Of a stretch of DNA of 64,000 nucleotides, positions 36,270 to 50,500 are shown one piece after another. The position numbers were made by a program, and so were the translations under genes. Below the pieces are notes generated by a model. The model did no database searches. It was given only the letters and a program-made list of their open reading frames with translations, and had not been told where the DNA came from. The DNA is from Eledone cirrhosa. Taxonomy: Eukaryota. Location of the stretch: positions 356,500,001-356,564,000 of the forward strand of contig OZ024742.1 of assembly GCA_964016885.1 (NCBI GenBank), given 5' to 3'. How positions within the stretch are numbered: position 1 is the stretch's first letter; each line of letters opens with the position of its first letter.

Positions 36270-39200
36270 AATAATAATAATAATGAAATATTGTGTACAG
36301 TGCCCAGGTGCACCACAACTCATCAAAAAGTGTATGTACAGTACATAGGGCAATGCACAAACATCAGGAAAATGAACAGTGCACAAGTCATGATACACAC
36401 AAGTGTGCATGTGTATGGAAGGGCTACATCAGGTGTAGTTTTGGCATATTTCGGGAAGCATAAGTGTCTTAAAGGATGCAGTGTCTCGGCAGCTAACAAC
36501 TAACGCAGGCAGTTTGTTCCATGCTTCAGCAACTCTGAGCGTGAAAAAATGTCTACGAAAGTCATGGGAGCTGTGCTGTTTTCTGATTCATTAGGCATGT
36601 CCACGTGTGTTAGACACATCGAGATCAAAAAGGTGCTCAGGGTTGTAATTGGTGAGATGGTTAATAACTTTGTGGGTATTTACCAAGTCCATTGCCAGAC
36701 GTCGGAGCTTCAATAAATCCATGCCCAGGGAAGCAAGGCGTTCAGAGTATGGTAGGTGTCTGATGAAGGCTATGCACTTGGTTGCACGTCTCTGAACAGT
36801 TTCCAGGAGGTCAATGTTCTGAGCAAGATAGGGGGTCCAGACTGATGATGCGAATTCCAAGTGTGGTCGTACCATAGCTGTATACAGTTTTAAATAGATG
36901 TCTGGAGAGCGGCTAACAAAGGTCTTGCTGAGTGATGCCAAGACACCCTCGGCCTTCTTGACAATCTTAGAGACATGCTTTGTCCAATGTAAATCGCTGC
37001 TGACAGTAATGCCCAGGTCACGTTCACAAGAGGACTTCTTGATATCAGTGTTGTGGAGGGAGTATGTGGACGCTGGATTTTTCCTCCCAAAATGCATGGT
37101 GGTACACTTGTCCACAGCCAGCTTCAGTTGCCAGTCTGTGATCCATTGCTGCATTGTGTCCAGGTCCGATTGTAGGAAAGAGTTGTAGATTTCAGGATCA
37201 GTCCTTTTGATTTCAAGGTACAGCTTGATGTCATCTGTATATTTCAGTACCGTGGCATTCTGTAAGTTGGCATCTATGTCATTAATATATGCCACAAACA
37301 AAAGGGGACCAAGAGCAGATCCTTGTGGTACACCAGATGACATCTCATATGGTGAAGAATGCTGTCCTAGAACCGTGACTACTTCTTTTCAACTGAGAAT
37401 GAAGGATTTCAACCAGTCGAAAAGATCATCCCTCACACCCATTGCAGAGAGTTTTGCCATAAGTCTTTTGTGTGGCACAGAATTAAAAGCCTTAGCAAAG
37501 TCAAGGTAAACAACATCCACCCATGAGCCGCTGTCAGTGATCCGGGTGATGTCTTCAAGGAACTCGGTAAGCTGATCACAGCAGCTGGAGTTAGGGATAA
37601 ATCCAAACTGTGAGGGCCGGATGAAGCTGTGAGAGCTCCAGAAGTTCCAAAGTGTTTCTCTGACACAGGATTCAATCAGTTTGGCCATACAGCTAGTAAG
37701 ACTGACTGGACGATAGTTGACAGGTGACATGCGGTTGCCCTTTTTGAACAGGGGAATGACACTGGCAGTTTTCCACTGCTCCGGAGTAGCACCATTGTTG
37801 AGACAGTATTGAAAGAAGAAAGAAAGCTGGCGCAAAAGGAAATACCCCCCACGCTTGAGAAGAAGGTATGTAACACCATCAAGACCAGGGGAGGCATAGT
37901 TGCGCTTATTCTTAAGGTAACGTCGCAACATTGCAGGTGTAAATTCCATAGTTGTTATAGAATTTGATGTTAGAGATGGTGGAGATGGTACATTCTGGTT
38001 TTCAACAGTAAAAATACTTGCATAGCACTCAGCAATGAGTTCTGCGCATTCTTTGGGATAGTCAGTGATCTGGCTTGTGTGGGGATTGCGAAGAGGACCA
38101 ACTGGAGAGTGAGGTCTCTGCTTTGAATGAACATATTTCCAGAACGCCTTACTGTCAGGATTGGTTGCTATGCACTGTTCAAATTCAAACACTGCCTTCT
38201 TTGTCACTTGCTTGAGATGGTTAAAAGATTTATTCCGCTTCTTTCTGTTGGCATCTGATTTATGCAGTTTATATTCCCGTTCAGCGTTCCGACGTTCTTT
38301 CCTGGCAAGTCGGACCGCTGAAATTTCCCAAATTGCACTTTTGGGGTGGGTTCTTTTTCTGCTTACGTGGCACCGATGCTGCACACGCTATCCATATTGA
38401 GTCCAGGATGCTCTGGAGTATAGTGTTCACATCTCCAGAGTTATACATCTCATGCCAGTTTGGGCGCTGTAGCTCAGTGCAATACAAGTTCCAATCTGCT
38501 TTCTTCCAATCAAAGCAAGCAGATTGGAAATGGCTCTGGTTTTTGTTGCCGCCCTCAAGTGCCAGATTGGCAATGATCATAGCATGATCAGAGTCGCCTA
38601 GAGGTTCCTCAGTAGTACAACTGATAACCACTTCAGGAGTAGTGGTGAAGATCAGGTCCAAATTGTTGTCACCTCTTGTTTGAGAGGTGACTACTTGTGA
38701 CCAGTTTGAGTCCAGCACTAGTTCAAGGAAATCGTTTGCACCTTGTGGCCAACGAAAGGTTTCCCAATCGATCTCAGGATGATTGAAGTCACCTGCAATA
38801 AACACATAAGTGGCTGTTTTCTTGGCAGCGACTCTCAGGATATCGCAAAGCTGTGTGTCCTGATGGTAGTTTGGGGGGCGATAAACAACACCAAGCAGAA
38901 GTGTTGACATGGTCATACGTATGTCACAGAAAAAAACTTCTTCCTGTGATTCGTTCAAATCAACGCAAGGAATTACCGAAAGGTTTGAACGAACGTAGAC
39001 CATCACACCACCACCACGGCGATTAATGCGGTCCTTGCGGAAAAGGTTGTACCCAGTAATGCTGAAAACTCCATCACAGAGTAAGGAATGTGCCCATGTT
39101 TCCGTGACTGTGATGAAGTCAGGGTCGATGCTTCTGACGTAGGTTTCAAACAGATGTATCGTGTTGCATAAACTGCGAGCATTTAAGGACAACAATTTGT

Positions 39201-41300
39201 ACCCTGCTCGCAGTTTATGATGGTGTGTAGAGGGTGGCAGGTTGTTCTGGCCTAGTTTCCCAGAGCTATAGCAGTTTTCTCATTGCCAGCCACTGTGGGC
39301 AGATCACACTCAGACCAGCTGGCATCTCTCTTCCACGTTTCACCAGCCTTAACAAACCTCCAGATCTGCCCATCATCACGCAGACTAAAACTTTCATGTT
39401 GTGCTGAGTTCCGATTCAAGGAAGCTGCAGCACGGAGCTTTGGACGTACATGGGGTGGTAGGCCTGGGCGTGTTCGGAAGGTAATCCGTTTTCACGCCCA
39501 GCTTTAACAGAGGCCAGATGGTATGAGATTGCCTCATCGGGGTCCGAAAAAGACAGCCTGATGAGTCTGGGTTTTGGACCAGGTCGACCAAGGCGGGGAG
39601 CACCCTTTGGGGGAACACAGCCTAGGTCTTTGGCTGAGCTGGCAGCAAATGCCTGAAGATCAGCCTTGTCCTCCGGTACCCCAATGGCAATTACTTCATG
39701 GGTAGCAGATTCCGCAGTCTTTTCAGTGTGGCCAGATACGGCAAGAGGTACAGGGAGATTTTTTAGCAGGGCATTCCGATAAGACCCCTCATTGTGGGGT
39801 CCTTCCCGAATGCTTGCCTTTATTCCTGTTACTTCCCTTCTTAAAGCAGAAATCATTAGTTGCAATTCTGCAAAGTCAGTACTGGTCGGTTGTTGTTGTT
39901 GTTGTTGTTGTTGTTGTTGCTGCTGTTGCTGCTGTTGTTGTTGTTGTTGTTGGTGGCGATGATGATGTTCCTCCACGGGAATGGTAGGGGAAGACACAGT
40001 CACCAGTTGTTGGTATCGAGATGTACTGGGGGCGGAAGACATGGGTTGTTGTTGTTTCTGATGTTCTTCCACAGGAATAGCAGCAGAAGCTAGTGTCATT
40101 GGTTTTTGTCGTTGTTCAGTAACAATGGTAGAGGAAGATACAGTAATCGGTTTTTGTTGTAGTTGTTGTTGTTTTTCAATAACATTAGTGGAGGCAGGCA
40201 CACAGGCCAGGCACTGAAAGGACCAGGATTTTAGCTGGACCATCTCCCATATTCCATCCATCATAGCATTATGATGTCTCTTTTTTGGGCCTGGGATCCT
40301 CCGGAAGCCTGTGGCGCATTGAAGGCAGACAGAGATGTGACAGGTTCCACATTCGACCCAGCGATTACGGAACGAGTTTTCGGGTTCCGTACAAATATGG
40401 CAGGTGTGATTTTCTGGGCAATGTTCTATTTTGGAACATCGACCAGTTTTGTCACATACTTCATCGATGGATATCACCATGGCAATTTTGTTATTTCTAC
40501 CCATCCGTAGAAAAACACAGAATGTAAACAATATAGGTTTAGCGCACTTGATTACGATAGAAATAAAATGTCTGTTTTTGTTTTGTTTTTTTTGTGTATT
40601 TTGTTTCCGTTTTCCTAACTATGTGTGTGTACAGAAGAGTCTGTGCATGTAAACAAATAAATATGCTGCGTAAGTTAAATGAAACGTACTGTAGAAGGCA
40701 ACAGTTTATTAACAGCGAAATAACGTTTTTTTTTGTTGTTTTTTCCTGATACAGCTTCTTTATAATAAACTTTCAATAATATTTTTCAAATTATTAACTT
40801 TCAGCTGCTAGTATATATATATATAATTAACAGGTGTATGTGGGTTAGAAGTGAAGTCAATGTTCAGAGATATTTTACCAATGTACGTAAGATTGGCCGG
40901 TATAGTGTCTCACACGAAATAGTGTGGTTTCTTTTCACGTGATTGTATATGCATATGGTATATATCTGTATATAAATCTGTGTGTATATTGTTGTTTATA
41001 TGTTTTGTAGAGTACTTACTGCGATCCCTAAGGGATGTAGTGATTTGTTTTTGTTTTCTTTTCCCCCGTCCATGTCCACACGTGGTTTGTTGGCGAAAAT
41101 CAAGTCAAATTAAATATACTTCGTTAAAATAATTCTATGTTGAAGCTGGTACTAGTTGTCAGGGAACAGTCAGAGTAATTGTAATAATGAATATTGTAAT
41201 CCATCTGACATGTGTTTAAAGGGCAGTTTTGGGTGAAAATGTTATATTTTATTTGGTCAAGACGTGGTCAAGCGACCTTCCTTGTCCCCATCTTGGATCA
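36270..41300 (-). mobile_element. CR1-group LINE family C, probably full length
   Basis: ORF1 39416-40531, APE 38281-39195, RT 36591-38384 in frameshifted pieces, (ATT)n tail. 5' limit guessed from a caagatgg motif near 41295. Confidence 0.88.
39416..40531 (-). CDS. LINE ORF1 with PHD-like finger and poly-Q
   Basis: CHIC..WVECGTC..VCLQC..FQCLAC; C-terminal IGVPE..RLGRPGPKPRL; frameshifted near the end. Confidence 0.78.
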   Translation of the reverse strand: MFTFCVFLRMGRNNKIAMVISIDEVCDKTGRCSKIEHCPENHTCHICTEPENSFRNRWVECGTCHISVCLQCATGFRRIPGPKKRHHNAMMDGIWEMVQLKSWSFQCLACVPASTNVIEKQQQLQQKPITVSSSTIVTEQRQKPMTLASAAIPVEEHQKQQQPMSSAPSTSRYQQLVTVSSPTIPVEEHHHRHQQQQQQQQQQQQQQQQQQQQQPTSTDFAELQLMISALRREVTGIKASIREGPHNEGSYRNALLKNLPVPLAVSGHTEKTAESATHEVIAIGVPEDKADLQAFAASSAKDLGCVPPKGAPRLGRPGPKPRLIRLSFSDPDEAISYHLASVKAGRENGLPSEHAQAYHPMYVQSSVLQLP

Positions 41301-41640
41301 TATTATTATGATTATTATTCAAATATGCCTTCTTAATTGCTACTGATTCTACTGAATTTAACAAAGATTAAACAATAAAGCTAAATTAAGAGATGCCACA
41401 GCATTTTACCAACAAATTAACATGTAATTGATTTCAAAGTCTCAGATTCTTGTTACACTTTTACCAACTTCTGCCGGCCATTAATGAATGGATATTTGGA
41501 TAGACTTAATATTATTTTTATTTATTAAATTTATGTGCCACAGATTGAGGGAATTATGAAGGTCAGCTGAAATATTAAACTGACTATGAAGGACTGGTGC
41601 TAGAGCTGTAAAATATTTCATGCATTAATTTCAACTCTTC

Positions 41641-41869
41641 TTAAACTTTCAGCATTTACATGACTACATATATACTATTGTATTTTTGTGGTAAAGGCTT
41701 TATCTTACATAATTATCTCACATAATTTCAAATCTATGAGATTTTGATGTTAATAATATTAAGAACAATACCTTAACATCAGTATAAGCAGCTGGTTACA
41801 GTCAGTTTGAACAGAAAGAGGTGAGAGAATTCTGGCCGGATATGGCCGGTTTAAATGCTAAAGAGTTAA
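41641..41869. mobile_element. piggyBac-like MITE, second copy
   Basis: TTAA at both ends, same TIR, internal sequence homologous (inverted) to 33772-33984. Confidence 0.8.
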
Positions 41870-41973
41870 TAAAAACTGCATTAATTCTTTCCAGGAATTA
41901 TGTTGAAAAATAAACCTCATTTGGATATTCCATGAGAGTATCTTGGTTAGCCAATGAACTTTTCAGCCAACAC

Positions 41974-44900
41974 TCATCATCATCATCATCATCATTTTAC
42001 GTCCGCTTTTCCCTGCTTGCAAGGGTGGGACGGGTCTTATTCAGCACAGCATCTCTACACTCGTCACGGTCCTTCGTCATCACCACCGTGAGCTTCAATG
42101 ATCTGAGGTCTGTTCTCACCACCTCCGCCCATGTTTTTCGTGGTATACCTCTACCACGTCTTCCTTTAACTGGCATTTCCTGGCACTTCTTCACCCATCG
42201 GTCATCCTCCATGCGCATCACATGTCCATACCTCCTCAGTCTCCTCTCCCGTACACTACATTCTATCCCTCTCAGACACAGTTTCTCTCTCAACACATTT
42301 ATGCTGGGTCGTTCACGCACATTTACACTGCACATCCAACGGAGCATGCTTGCCTCATTTCTCTCCAGCCGTCTCATATCCTCTGCAGTTGCTGCCCATG
42401 TCTCACTACCATGCAGCATCGCGCTCCTCACACAGGCATCATACAACCGGCCTTTCGTACGCAGGGAGAAACCCTTCTTCGTCAACAGAGGAAGCAGCTC
42501 CCTAAACTTCTTCCAACCCGTCCTTATTCTAGATACTATGGCCTCGGAACACCCTCCTCCCATGCTAATTTGATCTCCTAGGTACCGGAAGCTATCCACC
42601 ACTTCTATAGCGCCCGCCTGCATTTGAAAAATGTGTCTATCAATGCGACTTCAACTGTCTAATTTCCCTGTACATCTACTGCATACATATTTTTCCCTAC
42701 CTGTTAGTTTGCCTGCTATCCCGCTACATCTCTTGTGTACCCAGGATCTGCATTGTGTGCATTTTATAGAATGTATGCCAGTTCCTTTTCTGCATATCGA
42801 ACATGGCCATTTCCCTGACGGAATCAGGGTTTTGTCCTCTTTTCTACTCATCAACTCTTTTGTCTTAGCTAGATTTACTCTCAGTCCTCTTGCTTCCAAC
42901 TGCTGTTTCCATAGCCAGAATTTATTCTCTAGCTCCTCTACTGATTCTGCTATAAGAACCAGATCGTCAGCATAGAGAAGTTCCCATGGACAGCCAGTCT
43001 TAAACTCCTATGTTATGGCTTGGAGGACGATAATGAACAAGACCGGGCTGAGGACCGAACACTGATGTGCTCCTACTTGTATCTGGAATTCCTCACTAAA
43101 CTCCATTCCTACACCGACTTTACTGAGAGTACCTCTGTACAAAGTTTGCACTGTCCTCACAAGCCATTCCTCAACACCTAGCTTCCTTAGGGACCACCAG
43201 ATGACAGATCGGGGTACCCTATGAAAGGCCTTCTCTAGGTCAACAAAGGCTAAGTATAGTGGCTTATTCTTCTCTAAGAACCTCTCTTGCAATTGTCTCA
43301 CCAAGAAGAGGGCATCTGTTGTACTCTTTCCAGGCACAAAACCAAACTGCATCTCATCTAGTTTGACCCTTTCTCTAATGAGTTGTGCTAAAATCCTTTC
43401 TGCCACTTTCATAACCTGATTGATGATGCGTGCAACCAGTTTAGTGCCTACGTCCCCTGATGCCTTCAGCATCTCAGCAACTATTCCCGATGGTCCGGCA
43501 GCCTTACCATTTTTCATTTCCCTAATCCCCTCTTGGACCCTATATTCGTCAAACTGAATAGCTGGTCCCTCTGTCGGATCTACCAAGGGTAATTTCTCTC
43601 TCTCCCATTTGTTCTCCATATTCATCAGTCTCTCATAATGACATTTCCAAGCCTCCTTTTTCTGATCATTCGTGACACTAAGTACACCGGCATCATCCCG
43701 GACACATTTATCCCCAACAACATCCTGATTTGCATTGACACACTGCCTTGCAATGTGGAACACCGCACGCCTCTGATCTTCCCGTCACAGAACATTGGCA
43801 AACCTCTTACTCTCTGCCTCCTGCGTGCTAAGTACACCTGACGTCTAGCTTCTCTCCTAGCGGCTGTATATTCTTCCCTGCTCCCACCCTTTTTCCAAGC
43901 CTTCCATGCTAGTCTTTTGTCTGTAATAGATATACTGTGCTGTTCCACCACCAGGTCACTCTCTGTCTGGTTGGAGCTCCGCTCCAGCCACAAGTTTCAT
44001 CAGTAGCCTGCAGCAAGTTGTCACGTAAGAAATTCCAGTTATTATCTATGTCATACGTCTCTAAATCGTCTTCTTTTTCGTCATATACATCTTGAAGGGC
44101 TTTCCTAAATTTGTATTTTAGTGAAAGGTCTTTTAGCTTCCAGACCTTTCTTCTCCACACCTTCCTATATGTCTCATTCCATCTCTTGCTTACTGAGATA
44201 TCACTAACCACTAACCTATGCTGTGGGGTACATTCTTCCCCAAGGTATGCGTTTGGTATTAGACACTATCTGCCTGTCCCGCTGCCTAACTAGTAAGAAG
44301 TCAATCTGGCTTATGGGCTCACCAGATTTGTAGGTTATTAGGTGATTGGCAGGTTTCTGGAAGTTTGTGTTGCAAATAGTCAATGTACCTGCATCACAAA
44401 ATTCAAGAAGTCTCACTCCTTCTTCATTTCTTGAACCGTAACCGTGCCCACCATGTACCCCAGTGTAACCATCCTGGAGCTGTTCAACATGACCATTGAA
44501 GTATCCTGCTAGCATAACGATGTCTCCGACCTCTGTCATTGCGGTTGTTTGCAACAGTTGCTCATAAAAGCAGTCTTTCTCATCTTTGCCTAGGCCTGCT
44601 TGGGGAGCATAGGCCAAGATGATTGTCAGTAGTCTCCTACCTACAACTAATCTAAGCTTAATTATTCGATTACTAACTCGAACTACCTCTATTGTCTTAT
44701 TGATCCATTTCTCAGCCAGGAAAATGCCTACTCCCCCTAACCCATCATCCTTACCTACCCGGAATAGCTTATAGCTAAGACGTTTGCCTACGACTAGTCT
44801 CGCAGAGGCACCTCTCCATCTCACCTCTTGCACGCAGCACACATCCACCTGCCTTCTCTCCAGCATCTCCTCTATTTCAGCAGATCTACCTCTGAGAGTG

Positions 44901-45075
44901 CCAACATTAAGTGTTGCAACTCTGAGATGCGACGTCTTCATATTTTGTTGTCGTTCCTATTTGTTGCTGTGCTGATAAGCGTTTGGGCATTGATACCAGT
45001 GTTGGATGCCCTTCCTAACACCAGCGCCACTTTACAATATGGACTGGGTGCTTTCATTTGTGCCACCAGCACTAG
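41974..45075 (-). mobile_element. RTE (BovB-like) LINE family 2, near full length, degenerate
   Basis: APE 44216-44941 (TLNVGTL, VQEVRW, AYAPQ, SQIDF); RT (MQFGF, FVDLEKAF, LLYADD); Cys-rich finger 42651-42790; (TGA)n tail. Confidence 0.93.
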
Positions 45076-45889
45076 AGAGGATGTCTTACTAGACTCAAGG
45101 GCCCTCTCTACCCCTCCATTTTACAGTATGGTCATCAAAAAAGAAAAAAAATTCCAATCTTTGAAATGTTAAACGACTGTAAATAAAATTTTTAGTGAAT
45201 CTCAGTGAATTTCCCAGAAAATATCAACTCCATATTCTTCAGTAATATTGCTTATTTAAAGATTCCGTACTTTAAAATTTTCAAATCTCAACACTTCCGG
45301 TTAGCAATCGCTTAAATAAACATTCATATATTTCCATCATTAATTTTTCTCCTAATGCAGTTTCTATATAATATCGTCTTTTTTTAATGTATCATGGATT
45401 ACGTTACTGATTACATAAGACATTGTAATGCAGACTTCGTTCAATTTCTGTGCATATTGTCAATTACGATTTTATTTGATGTGTCATATCTACATGCACA
45501 TATATTTGCATATAATATCAATATGCACACTACACACGCTAGCAGAAAACCACCCAAAGGGTGGTTTTTCTGCTAGTATTATTAATAGTTCCTGATTTAG
45601 GTAAAAGGCCAATAATTTTGAGGAGGAGAAAGTCGAGGCAAAGCTAACCACAGCAGGATTTGAACTCAGAACATAAAGGGAGATAACCATATGTTGCAAA
45701 GCATGTTGCTTGATGTTCTACATGCTTTGCAGCATGTAGTTACGTCCTTGAGGTTCAGAGTTCAAATCCTACTGTGGTTAACTTTGCCTTTTATCCTAAT
45801 GGGGTCGATATATAAAATATCAATAATAACAGCAGTAACAATCACATCTTATATATGTTGAGTCGATGATGGAGCCTCTAAATAATCAC

Positions 45890-46235
45890 TGAACTTGCTA
45901 GATTTAGCAACCAAATATCCTCCAAATCACATCCTATATTTTTAATGAAGGAGTGATATGTATGATACTGTAGTTTCAGATATAGAAAAAAAATGGAAGG
46001 TTGCACTTGAAATACATTTTATCAAAAGTCTGTTGAATTGGTGTTGACTCAATAAGAGACCTATGTGGCTATTGAACTTGCTAGAAGTAGCAACCAAATA
46101 TCCTTCGAATCACATTGTATTGTTTTAAATAAAGGAGGCATATGTAAGATACTGTAGTTGCAGGTATAGAAAAAGATGAGAAGGTTTCAGTTGAAATACA
46201 TCTTATCATATTTCTGTTAGATTGGTGTTGACTTG
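45890..46235 (+). repeat. Two diverged tandem units of ~183 bp
   Basis: tgaacttgctaga..tagcaaccaaatatcct..aatcacat ... ttggtgttgact at ~45890 and ~46073. Confidence 0.85.
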
Positions 46236-47178
46236 TAGGTAAATAGCTACTCGTATAAGTTGTAAGACTGTTATCTCCATTAGTGTTCGGATACAATAGA
46301 AATAAATTAGATTAATTGAAATATTCTCTATTTCTCTATTTTGCCTACTTATATAGATTCCTTTCTTTGAAACAACTGAATGTTCATTATTGAAACCAAT
46401 GGACGATCCATCACTTAAATACATGGACTTCCAATATTTCAAATGGAATATTAACACCATCAATATCTCTGGTTCATGTGGTATTTGAAGGAACTGGACA
46501 CTATACACCAGGGTCTATGAGAGGAGGGTCCAGCCAGTAATTTGTTCCAGGGCCCAAGAAGGTCCCACAGTAACCATGCAACATCCATTTTGAGAAAAGT
46601 GTTTGCCTACTTTGGGCACCAAAAGGGTGTTGCAGCATCTTGAAACATTTCTCTTGCAGGCCCTACTGTCCATTCTGCCAAACCTAGCAAGTAAATGAAA
46701 TAAGAAAAATAAATATTCTTTTATCAAATATAAGATATCCTTGAAATATTGTCCCTCTAATTCGTCACTGTGCCAATTCCCAGCATTGGACAGAGTTAGT
46801 GCTAGTAAATAATAAATATAATCATATCATTCAACAAAACATTATAAACTAATTAGATTCTCTTTTCTCGACATTCACAGAGAAATATTTCCCAGTGAAT
46901 TCTCATCCTTTCAATTGTCTTGTATTAGTTTTATAAATGTTCATTAAGATTCAATTAAAATCATAAATGTTCAACTGTTATGAATCAGAATATTTTATAT
47001 TATATATATATATGTATATATTTACACACATGTATATATATATATATATATATACATACATGTATATATATACATGTATGTGTATATATATATATACATG
47101 CAATTTTTCAATTATATTTTATAAAAGAACTTTCTTCATTGTACTGTGTTGTTTGCTGTGTTCTTTCCATTTACTTTT

Positions 47179-47243
<65 letters not shown>

Positions 47244-47580
47244 TTATGTATTATGCAATTATTATATAAACATCAACATACATATACATGTGTGACTGAA
47301 AGTGACATGAGTATTTTATATATGTACATACATACATAGCTACATACACACCTACATACATACACGTAAGCAATTAAAACATAGGCACTCTTGTAGATGT
47401 TTTCTTTTCCTATACTTATTTTCTATGCAATTAAAATTTTATTAGTGGAAGTAAATCATATTTTTATTTTGATATTTTTCTTATAAAAATTGCAAAAATT
47501 ATTCTACATTGTTCAATCATCTAATCAGCATGACTGATTGCCTTCATTTCATTCATGTCAATATATTTTAATGAGAATCT

Positions 47581-50500
47581 ATTATTATTATTATTATTAT
47601 TATTGTTCTTTGAGTATCAGTCATTGATGTTATTTAACTGGAAAGTTTGTTGAATTGAATATCAATCCACTACCTGCAGCCTCAGATATTCAGGACGTAT
47701 CGGAGGGTTCTTGCTGTTCCCAGCAAGCATGCCTTCTGAAGTGTTCCAAAAAGCAGGGCTGGACTATTCTTCTTTAACCATCCTTGGAAACTCTTTGAGA
47801 TAGTACATGTGACAATCAGGACGACCTTAATATCATGGTAGTTCCAAATCCTTTTTACCTCCCACTTTAAGTCCTGGTATCGTTTAATTTTCTCCATCTC
47901 TTTTTCTTGCACACTCGTGTCAAATGGGCCGGCTACATCAACAATCAGGCAAAATCTGTTTTCCTTGTCCAAAACTACCAGGTCAGGTCTATTGTGTTCC
48001 AGTTTCTTGTCCGTCTGTATCCTAAAATCCCACAGCACCTCCACCTGATCGTTTTCTATCACCGACTCTGGCTTATGCTCATACCACTTCCCAGAATGTG
48101 GTAAATTGTTTACTTTCCATAGATGCCAGTGGATCACCCTGCCTATCACATCATGTCTCCAGCATTTATAGTGAGTCTGGGTTAAGTGTTTACACTCGGA
48201 TACAATGTGAGCCACAGTCTCCTCTCTCTCTTCACAGATCCTACACAATGGGCTTGCCTCCTCCTTGTAAATATGGTGTTTCACCCACTTTGTTCTGAGG
48301 GCCTGCTCTTGCGCAGCCATTAGCATTCCTCCTGTAGATTTTTTAAGGTCTCCTCTTTTTAACCAATTCCATGTCTGTGGATCTCTAAATTCAGTTTTCT
48401 TAAAGAAGGTACTATGAAGGGATTTTTCATGAAGGTTGCTCTTCCTCCTTGGACATCCCCTGGTCTATTGTCTTCTCCTCAGTACAATTTTGAGCATTGG
48501 CTCCCTACTGTCAGTCACATATTTGTGAAGGTTGTTTTTCTCCATCTGAACACAGTCCTCTATGTTGATAAGACCTCTTCCAACTTCAGATCTCTTTAAG
48601 TAGAGAATATCGACATCACTCCTCTTGTGGAACATGTAGATAGTCAATAGTTTCCTAGTCTTCCTGTCCATTTCTTTTTGTTCAGCAACATTCCATCTCA
48701 GAATTCCCGCACTGTACCTAATAATAGACACAACCTGGGAATTCACTGCACTTATGACATTCCTACTGTTCCGATGTGACTTTAATACGCTCCTTACTCT
48801 CCTAATGTACTCAGATCTTATCAATTCCCAAATTTTTTTGTTCTCGATGTCATCTGCCTCCAGAACACCTAAATATGTGAATCCTTCTTCAATGTCAATT
48901 TCCTTTATCATCTCACATGTTGGTACCTGGATTCCGTTGCTTCTGCTCAATTTACCCACTTCATCACAAGGACTCCACAGTTATTAATAAAAAATTCCAT
49001 ACATATATCATTGCTGAAAATACGGACAGTGTCAACAAGTACATCCAACTCCTTCTCACTTTTCACAAAGAGTTTAAGATCGTCCATGAAGAGGCGGTGG
49101 TTGATGGTAAGCTCTCCTTTTCCCAACTTGTATCCTACTCTCTCTTTTCGCAATATAACGGTCAGGGTATCAGGGCAAGGACAAACAGCAGAGGGGACAA
49201 ACTATCTCACTGGAAGATACCTCTCTTGATTTTCACGCCTTCCAAGGATTCTCCACCCGATGTTAACTCTGTTTCCCAGGACTTCATACTTTTGCTCAAC
49301 AACTGTCTGATATTATCTGTCACCTTGAAGAACTCTAGGCTTTTGGTTATCCAAGAATGAGGTACCATGTCAAATGCCTTTTTGTAATCTATCCATCCTA
49401 TGGCAAGACCAGTGTGCCACCTCTTGCAATTCCTCATTACCATCTTATCAATAAGTAACTGGTCCTTTGTACCACGGGCCTTCTTTCGGCATCCTTTCTG
49501 TTCGTCCGGTAACAAGTTGTTTATGTGGAGGTGATGGTAGATTTCCTCAGACACAATACTTGTTCACAGTTTCCACATTACGGACAGACATGTGATAGGT
49601 CTATAGTTGGTAACATCATTACCCTTGATTCGGTCTTTCATTATCAGAACTGTGGTACCTTTTGTCAACCACTCTGGTACCTCACCTGACATCAAGCAGT
49701 CATTGAACATGGTTGCCATTTTCGGATGGAGGGATGTTATATTTTTAATCCAATACCTCTGCACACCATCTGGGCCTGGTGATTTCCAGTTGGTTAGTTT
49801 TTTGGCCTGCCCCTTAAGAGTTTCAACTGTGATACTCAAATCAGTTTGTTGGTGTGCTTGTTCACTAATCTTCTTTTGTACTGTCTCAATTCACACTGCC
49901 TGACTATTATGTACAACATCCTGCTCCCATATTCCTCTCCAGAATGTCTTAGTCTGTTCCACCTCAGGGATCACATTGTTGCCTCTTTCTTTCCCTTCAA
50001 GCTGTCCAAACAACATTTTCTGGTTGTTGTCAAACATGCGGTTCTGTCTATACTGACTGACTCTGTCCTCATACCTCCTAATCTTTGCACTTTTTGTTAC
50101 AATGCATTGCTTCAGTTCCTCTATGATAATATTTAGCTTTTTCCCCCTAGTTTTGTACTTTATTTCCAATCTATTTTTAGTGTCTATGTTTTGTAATGTC
50201 CCAGTCAGTAAGGACTCAAGCTTTCCAATGTCCTTTCTCATTTCCTTGATTTGACCATTCAGTCGTTTCTTCCACCATGGTTCTGATCTTTCTTGTTTGT
50301 TGTTTCCTCTCGTTCGTTTTTATGCCAAGTAATTCCTCACTGCATTTACTGTTGCTTTGAGGATATTGTTGCATTGGTGAAGGTTTCTCGCCTCAAGGTA
50401 TGGGATGACTTTGTTTACCTTAGCTATTGTTTCTTTTAACTTTTTCCTGTCTACAAATCTTAGGTTCATAGGTTTTCCACTATCATTTTTCATTTCATCT

